Source: Bacteroidota bacterium | GTDB lineage: Bacteria; Bacteroidota; Bacteroidia; NS11-12g; UBA955 | Reading direction: 5' to 3' | Assembly: GCA_025354385.1 (NCBI GenBank) | Contig: JANXMZ010000061.1 | Coordinates: 12,440 to 76,439 of the forward strand | DNA length: 64,000 nt | In this document: positions 59,035-64,000 of the stretch, in pieces | Position numbering within the stretch: the stretch's first letter is position 1 | Layout: each line of letters starts with the position of its first letter | Made by a program: the position numbers and the translations under genes | Notes under the pieces: model-generated | The model's input: only the letters and a program-made list of their open reading frames with translations | What the model was told of the DNA's origin: nothing | The model's database searches: none

Positions 59035-60018
59035 CTATTTAGCATCTGCAAAACGCACTACCACATTGTCTACAGGTTTTAGTGTTTTTAGATACTCAAA
59101 TATGGCTTCTAAATCTTCGGTCTTCATACCAGCATACATAGTCCATGGCATCACAGTTTGAAATTCTCCTTTGGCCATATCTACAGAAGGTATTGTATAT
59201 CCCGAATCTGAATAGGTTTTAAATCTTTTGACAAAAGCCTCTTTGGTCCAATTGCCCAACCCGCTTGCGTGAGGTGTAATATTGGGCGATACCGCCTTTT
59301 TGCCATTGCCAAAATTAAATTCAAAACCACCGGCAAACTCCTCCCCTACAACCTTGCCCTTTTCTTGCTTGGTATGGCATTCTCTGCATGCGCATGCGGT
59401 GGTCATGTATTTTCCGTATGCTATAACATCTGTTGGCTCAGGACGTTTTTGTAAATTGGCTTTATCGGGTATGGTATTGATGATGAAATTTAAAGGAAAA
59501 TCTGGCACCGACTCAGGGTTCACCTGATCAACCGATTTAAGGGTCCTGACGTAGGCAATAACTGCTTTTATATCCTCCTCATCCAATTGTGCATAATATT
59601 TATAGGGCATCACCGGAAACAAGGCTTTATTGTCCTTATTCACGCCAGTTGTAATAGTTCTAAAAATTTCCCCATCCGTCCATTTACCTATATTAAAAGG
59701 TGTAATATTTTTGGAAACATAACTGCCCGGAAAACCAAATCTCTGATCGAAAACCTCTCCACCTTTGCCAATTTTATCGTGAACAATTGGTCCTGAAAAT
59801 TTAGACCAGTCGCGCTCACTGTGACAGTCCATGCAAACCATCACATGGTTGGCCAAATACTCTCCCCGCGCCACCATTTCTGGAGTGGCTGTAATTTTAA
59901 TGTCGGGAGCGGCACCAACATTGGGCAAGACGGTCTTAACATAAGTGAGTAAACCAGCAATGCTAACTACCACTATTAAGAGGGTAATTTTAATGCTTTT
60001 GAAAATTTTAGATTTCAT
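59035..60018 (-). CDS. Diheme c-type cytochrome
   Basis: RGEYL...CMDCHS and GKY...CRECHT, NITP repeats, MP motifs. Confidence 0.92.
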   Translation of the reverse strand: MKSKIFKSIKITLLIVVVSIAGLLTYVKTVLPNVGAAPDIKITATPEMVARGEYLANHVMVCMDCHSERDWSKFSGPIVHDKIGKGGEVFDQRFGFPGSYVSKNITPFNIGKWTDGEIFRTITTGVNKDNKALFPVMPYKYYAQLDEEDIKAVIAYVRTLKSVDQVNPESVPDFPLNFIINTIPDKANLQKRPEPTDVIAYGKYMTTACACRECHTKQEKGKVVGEEFAGGFEFNFGNGKKAVSPNITPHASGLGNWTKEAFVKRFKTYSDSGYTIPSVDMAKGEFQTVMPWTMYAGMKTEDLEAIFEYLKTLKPVDNVVVRFADAK

Positions 60019-60232
60019 ATGATATGTATTTTTTTAAAGTTTCAAAAAATAAAAGAACCTAACGGTGGTAAAAATGATTCTGTTAGTTATCGTCAGAAAA
60101 ATCGCTAATAATTTGACAAACATAGTATTAATTTTGAATTCCTTACTTAATATTTTATTTTTTTATGACTCAATTTCCACATAGCAAGTAATTCTCAAAA
60201 AAAAATAGTAGGTTCGTAAGCCTTCAAAAAAT

Positions 60233-61486
60233 ATGAGTCAGAATAGTCAGGTTACATGTCCCAATTGCAAGCATCAGTTCAGTATAGAAAGTGCTTTAAC
60301 AGCCGATATTGAAAAGGAAATTGCAGAGAAATTAAAAAAGGAATTCAATGAAAAGTGGGTGAGTGAAAAACGCAAGGCTGATGATCAAATTAAGCTGCAA
60401 AAAGAGCAAATCGAAACAGATCGAAAAAAGCTGATGGAGGAGCAAGCCATAGAACTTGCCAATCGCAAAAAAGAGGTAGAGGAACAGGTGAGACTGAAAC
60501 TGAGCAAAGAAAATGAATTGCAAATTGAGTTTTATAAAAAACAGAATGAAGAGAATGAGGAAAAACTTAAAAACTTGCGCAAACTTGAAGTAGAAAAAAT
60601 GGAAATTCAACAACGCATGAAAGATTTAGAAAATCAACATGAGTTGGATACTAAAAAATTATTACTAGAAAAAGAAAACGAGCTGAAAGAGCGCATTAGC
60701 AAAGAAGCCGACCAGAAAAATGAAATGCGTTTGAAAGAGTTTCAGAAAAAAATTGACGACCAGAATCGGTTGATTGAAGAAATGAAACGCAAATCGGAGC
60801 AGGGCAGCATGCAAATGCAAGGCGAGGTTCAGGAATTAGCACTCGAAGAAATGTTGAAACAAATTTTCCCTTTCGATGATATTAGCGAAGTGGGCAAAGG
60901 CGTAAAAGGAGCCGATCTTATTCAAACCGTAAAAAACGGATTGGGTCAACCCTGTGGCACGATTATTTGGGAAAGCAAGCGTACCAAAGATTTTCAACCC
61001 TTATGGATAGAAAAATTCAAGGCAGATTTTAGACAAAGTGGAGGTGATGTTGGCGTTATAGTAACCCAAGCCATGCCAAAAGACATGGAGGGTTTTGGCA
61101 TAAAAGAGGGCGTCTATATTTGTCAGTTCCACGAGGCCAGAAGCTTGGCTTTAATCCTGAGACAAACCCTGATCAAAATAAGCGAAGCCAATGCCTCGCA
61201 AGAAAATAAAGGCGAAAAAATGACCATGCTCTATCATTATCTTACAGGTAATGAATTTAAGCATCAGATAGAAGCCATTTCAGAAGGATTTATGAGTTTG
61301 AAAACAGAAATTACACGAGAAAAAATTGCCATGGAGCGCCTTTGGAAAGAAAGAGAAAAACAAATAGAAAAAGTACTGATTAATACCGTTGGCATGTATG
61401 GCAGTATTAAAGGTATTGCAGGTAGCGCCATTGCAGAAATAAAGGGACTAGAAATAGGCGGCAATATGGAACCATTGGAAGACTAA
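60233..61486 (+). CDS. DUF2130 coiled-coil protein
   Basis: CPNC, GSMQMQGEVQEL, GVKGAD, IIWESKRTK. Confidence 0.9.
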   Translation: MSQNSQVTCPNCKHQFSIESALTADIEKEIAEKLKKEFNEKWVSEKRKADDQIKLQKEQIETDRKKLMEEQAIELANRKKEVEEQVRLKLSKENELQIEFYKKQNEENEEKLKNLRKLEVEKMEIQQRMKDLENQHELDTKKLLLEKENELKERISKEADQKNEMRLKEFQKKIDDQNRLIEEMKRKSEQGSMQMQGEVQELALEEMLKQIFPFDDISEVGKGVKGADLIQTVKNGLGQPCGTIIWESKRTKDFQPLWIEKFKADFRQSGGDVGVIVTQAMPKDMEGFGIKEGVYICQFHEARSLALILRQTLIKISEANASQENKGEKMTMLYHYLTGNEFKHQIEAISEGFMSLKTEITREKIAMERLWKEREKQIEKVLINTVGMYGSIKGIAGSAIAEIKGLEIGGNMEPLED

Positions 61487-61492
61487 AACAAA

Positions 61493-62509
61493 GTGATAAA
61501 AACCCACCTCTGTTCGGATTTTTTACAACTACAGCTAAGCTGCATAGATGTGAGGGCACCAATAGAATATGAGGCGGGGGCTTTGGTGGATGCTCAGAAT
61601 TTACCCTTGCTAAATAATGACAATAGAAAAGCCATTGGTATTTGTTACAAACAGAGGGGAAAAGATGCTGCCATTGCTTTAGGATACCAATTGATTAACC
61701 CTCTAAGAGATTCTTTTCTTGAGCAATTAAAACAATATACTGCCGATAAAGAAATAAAATTATACTGCGCTAGGGGTGGATTGCGCAGTCATAAAATGGC
61801 AGAATTTTTGAGCGAGAGCGGCTACACCGTTCACCTACTAAAAGGGGGTTATAAAGCATATAGAAACATTGTTATTAATCGCCTTTCTGCTTTTAAAAAT
61901 ATTTTCATTTTAAGTGGCTATACAGGTTGCGATAAGACGGGTATTTTAGAACAATTGCGCATAAAAGGCGAACAGGTTTTAAATCTCGAAGCTCTGGCAC
62001 ACCACAAAGGAAGCGCTTTTGGCGCCTTGGGTGAAACTCCGCAACCGAGCAATGCACAATTTAGCAATTTAATTTTCGATGCCCTGAAGGAGTATGATTT
62101 CAATAACCGATTGTGGGTAGAAAGCGAAAGTATTTCCATTGGCAAGGTGGCAATACCTTTAGAATTTTGGTATAACATGCTAAATGCAAATGGCATTGAA
62201 ATTGTACTACCTATTGAGAAAAGAGTCAATTTTATAGTAGAAAATTACGGACAATATGATAAAATGCAATTGATAGCAGCCATAGAAAAAATTAGCAAAA
62301 GGCTTGGTGGACAAGAAACCACGGAACTTTGCGAGAAAACTACCAAGGGTGAATTACACCAAGTAGTAATGCGTTTGCTGAAATATTATGATAAAGCTTA
62401 TGAAGGCAGCCGTTTAAAAAGAAATTGTCAGAATTATGTTAAATTTAATCTCGATTGTATTGACCCAGTGATGAATTCCGAGAAAATATTGCAACATTTG
62501 CAGGAATAA
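61493..62509 (+). CDS. mnmH: tRNA 2-selenouridine(34) synthase
   Basis: IDVRAPIEY, YCARGGLRS, GGYKAYR, LEALAHHKGSAFG, ESES..IG, YYDKAY; near selD. Confidence 0.92.
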   Translation: MIKTHLCSDFLQLQLSCIDVRAPIEYEAGALVDAQNLPLLNNDNRKAIGICYKQRGKDAAIALGYQLINPLRDSFLEQLKQYTADKEIKLYCARGGLRSHKMAEFLSESGYTVHLLKGGYKAYRNIVINRLSAFKNIFILSGYTGCDKTGILEQLRIKGEQVLNLEALAHHKGSAFGALGETPQPSNAQFSNLIFDALKEYDFNNRLWVESESISIGKVAIPLEFWYNMLNANGIEIVLPIEKRVNFIVENYGQYDKMQLIAAIEKISKRLGGQETTELCEKTTKGELHQVVMRLLKYYDKAYEGSRLKRNCQNYVKFNLDCIDPVMNSEKILQHLQE

Positions 62510-62620
62510 TCATAAAGTAGAGGATCCGTATAGCCTAGAATTCTATTACACTTTATTCACGCTGCATGGCAAACAAATAAAAGGTAACCATATAACCAAT
62601 TAACCAATAACTCCCCCCGA

Positions 62621-63622
62621 ATGAAGAATAAAATTATACTTATATGCCTCCTAATAATAGGTAGCATACATCCATTAAAAGCACAAGAAACTCAATTTAA
62701 AACATGGTACGTAGCCGATGCAAAGGTGGCCTGCCAGGTGGGCGATGCCATGACCTCCTGTTTGCACATTCGTGAAAATCCAGATTCCAATTGGCAAAAT
62801 TTCTCTTTTGATATAGAAGGATTTAATCATGAGAAAGGTTATGAATACATAATAGAAGTTAGATTGGATAAAATCAAATACACAGAAGTAGATGGCCCAC
62901 AATACAAGTATACTTTGGTGCGCATTGTTTCTCAAAAAAGCACTGTGCATTTGGATAAAAGATTATTGATGAACAATACTTTTCACCTAATTAATATTGA
63001 TCAATACAATAAGAAAACACTGGCCATGCGCGCAAAACCATTTTTAATTTTCAATCCCGATTCCAATATCATCAGTGGTTTTTCTGGTTGCAATAACTTT
63101 GCTGGCTCATGCAGTTATGCCAATGCATTTATGCAATTTGGCATCATGGAAGGCACTATTAAAGCCTGCGCCTTTTCCGAAATAGAAACTAAATTTTATG
63201 AAGCATTAAAAGGCAAAGCCACTTTTTATGTGCGCAGCAATATGTTGTACATTGTTTGTGAAAACTTCATGACCTTGCATTTGCGTCCTGAAAAAAGTTT
63301 AGATTCCATATTGCGCGTTATTGAGAAAGAAAAAGAGCCAAAGAACGATGTTAATTTTATAAAAAATGAAGATGGCACATACCGCGTAAATGCGCCAGCC
63401 ATGCATGGCAAAAATAATTTATTTTTTACATACCGCCCTGCTAAACTAACAAAGGATGAGCTTAAAAAAATAAAGCTTAAATTATTGCCTGTAGATGTAA
63501 ATCCCGAAATTTCTGAAGTGATAATTTTAACAAAAGCACATGAAAAAAACGACATGTATTATGCCATTATCACTTACAAAAATGGAACGAAAAAAGAAAT
63601 GGAAATAAGAGATGCCAATTAG
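62621..63622 (+). CDS. DUF4377 plus META domain exported protein
   Basis: C...CL...[12 protein letters not shown]; GFSGCNNF...GTIKAC. Confidence 0.82.
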   Translation: MKNKIILICLLIIGSIHPLKAQETQFKTWYVADAKVACQVGDAMTSCLHIRENPDSNWQNFSFDIEGFNHEKGYEYIIEVRLDKIKYTEVDGPQYKYTLVRIVSQKSTVHLDKRLLMNNTFHLINIDQYNKKTLAMRAKPFLIFNPDSNIISGFSGCNNFAGSCSYANAFMQFGIMEGTIKACAFSEIETKFYEALKGKATFYVRSNMLYIVCENFMTLHLRPEKSLDSILRVIEKEKEPKNDVNFIKNEDGTYRVNAPAMHGKNNLFFTYRPAKLTKDELKKIKLKLLPVDVNPEISEVIILTKAHEKNDMYYAIITYKNGTKKEMEIRDAN

Positions 63623-64000
63623 GTTAACAACCTATAGCAAAGGTGGCGGCTGCGGTTGCAAAATTGCACCCGAAGTATTGAACGCTATACTCGACAGGAG
63701 TCCTCAAACTTTTAACAAAGCCTTATTGGTGGGCAATAGTAGTAAGGATGATGCAGCGGTATATGAAATTAATGATGAGCAATGTCTCATTAGCACCACA
63801 GATTTTTTTTTACCAATTGTAGACAGTGCTTATGATTTTGGGCAAATAGCGGCAGCCAATGCCATTAGCGATGTTTATGCCATGGGAGGAAAACCCATTA
63901 TGGCGCTTGCTATTTTAGGTTGGCCTTTGGATATTATCCCTATTGAAGAGGCACAACAGGTAATGAAAGGCGCCCAAGCCATTTGCGACAGAGCGGGTAT
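63612..64000 (+). CDS. selD: Selenide, water dikinase (partial, runs off window end)
   Basis: ATG at 63612: [20 protein letters not shown]...DDAAVY...STTDFF.PIVD...[18 protein letters not shown]. Confidence 0.95.
   Translation, partial: MPIRLTTYSKGGGCGCKIAPEVLNAILDRSPQTFNKALLVGNSSKDDAAVYEINDEQCLISTTDFFLPIVDSAYDFGQIAAANAISDVYAMGGKPIMALAILGWPLDIIPIEEAQQVMKGAQAICDRAG

Noticed and set aside
63612-63680. Selenocysteine-containing SelD
   Set aside because: The active-site codons are TGC GGT TGC (Cys-Gly-Cys); there is no in-frame TGA.

Overview
AT-rich Bacteroidota chromosome segment, judged from T9SS C-terminal sorting domains, TAnnTTTG -7 promoters and the tmRNA tag GDNNFAMAA. Positions 1 to about 39.6 kb form a uniformly + strand accessory island that ends at the 3' end of a minus-strand tRNA-Ala(GGC). 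The island has four parts. (i) A type I R-M operon (hsdM', DUF1016/YhcG, hsdS, hsdR) with a nested Menshen-like DUF262 / DUF3696-ATPase / effector trio. (ii) An excisionase-like HTH gene and a repeat-rich non-coding kilobase. (iii) A HYC_CC_PP-type Cys/His/Pro leader gene followed by nine tandem T9SS cargo genes: a multicopper oxidase, two CxxCH proteins (one a degenerate PHM-like copper monooxygenase), a thioredoxin-like protein, BNR and beta-propeller proteins and Ig-like proteins. (iv) A copper/heavy-metal resistance cluster (HMA-AraC, HMA-MauE, TolC/MFP/RND, CopB-type P1B-ATPase, Csp). The rest is mostly core-like: radical SAM, pirin, two ECF sigma clusters, tmRNA with a decayed serine-recombinase element and att-like scars at its 3' end, rimK, mnmH/selU and selD. 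The best novel-system candidate is the leader-controlled, T9SS-secreted copper/redox protein array. Other notable signals are a 48-bp-period palindrome array inside the DUF1016 gene and a tRNA-like fragment with a replaced anticodon arm. All family assignments come from motif recognition by eye; no database search was run.
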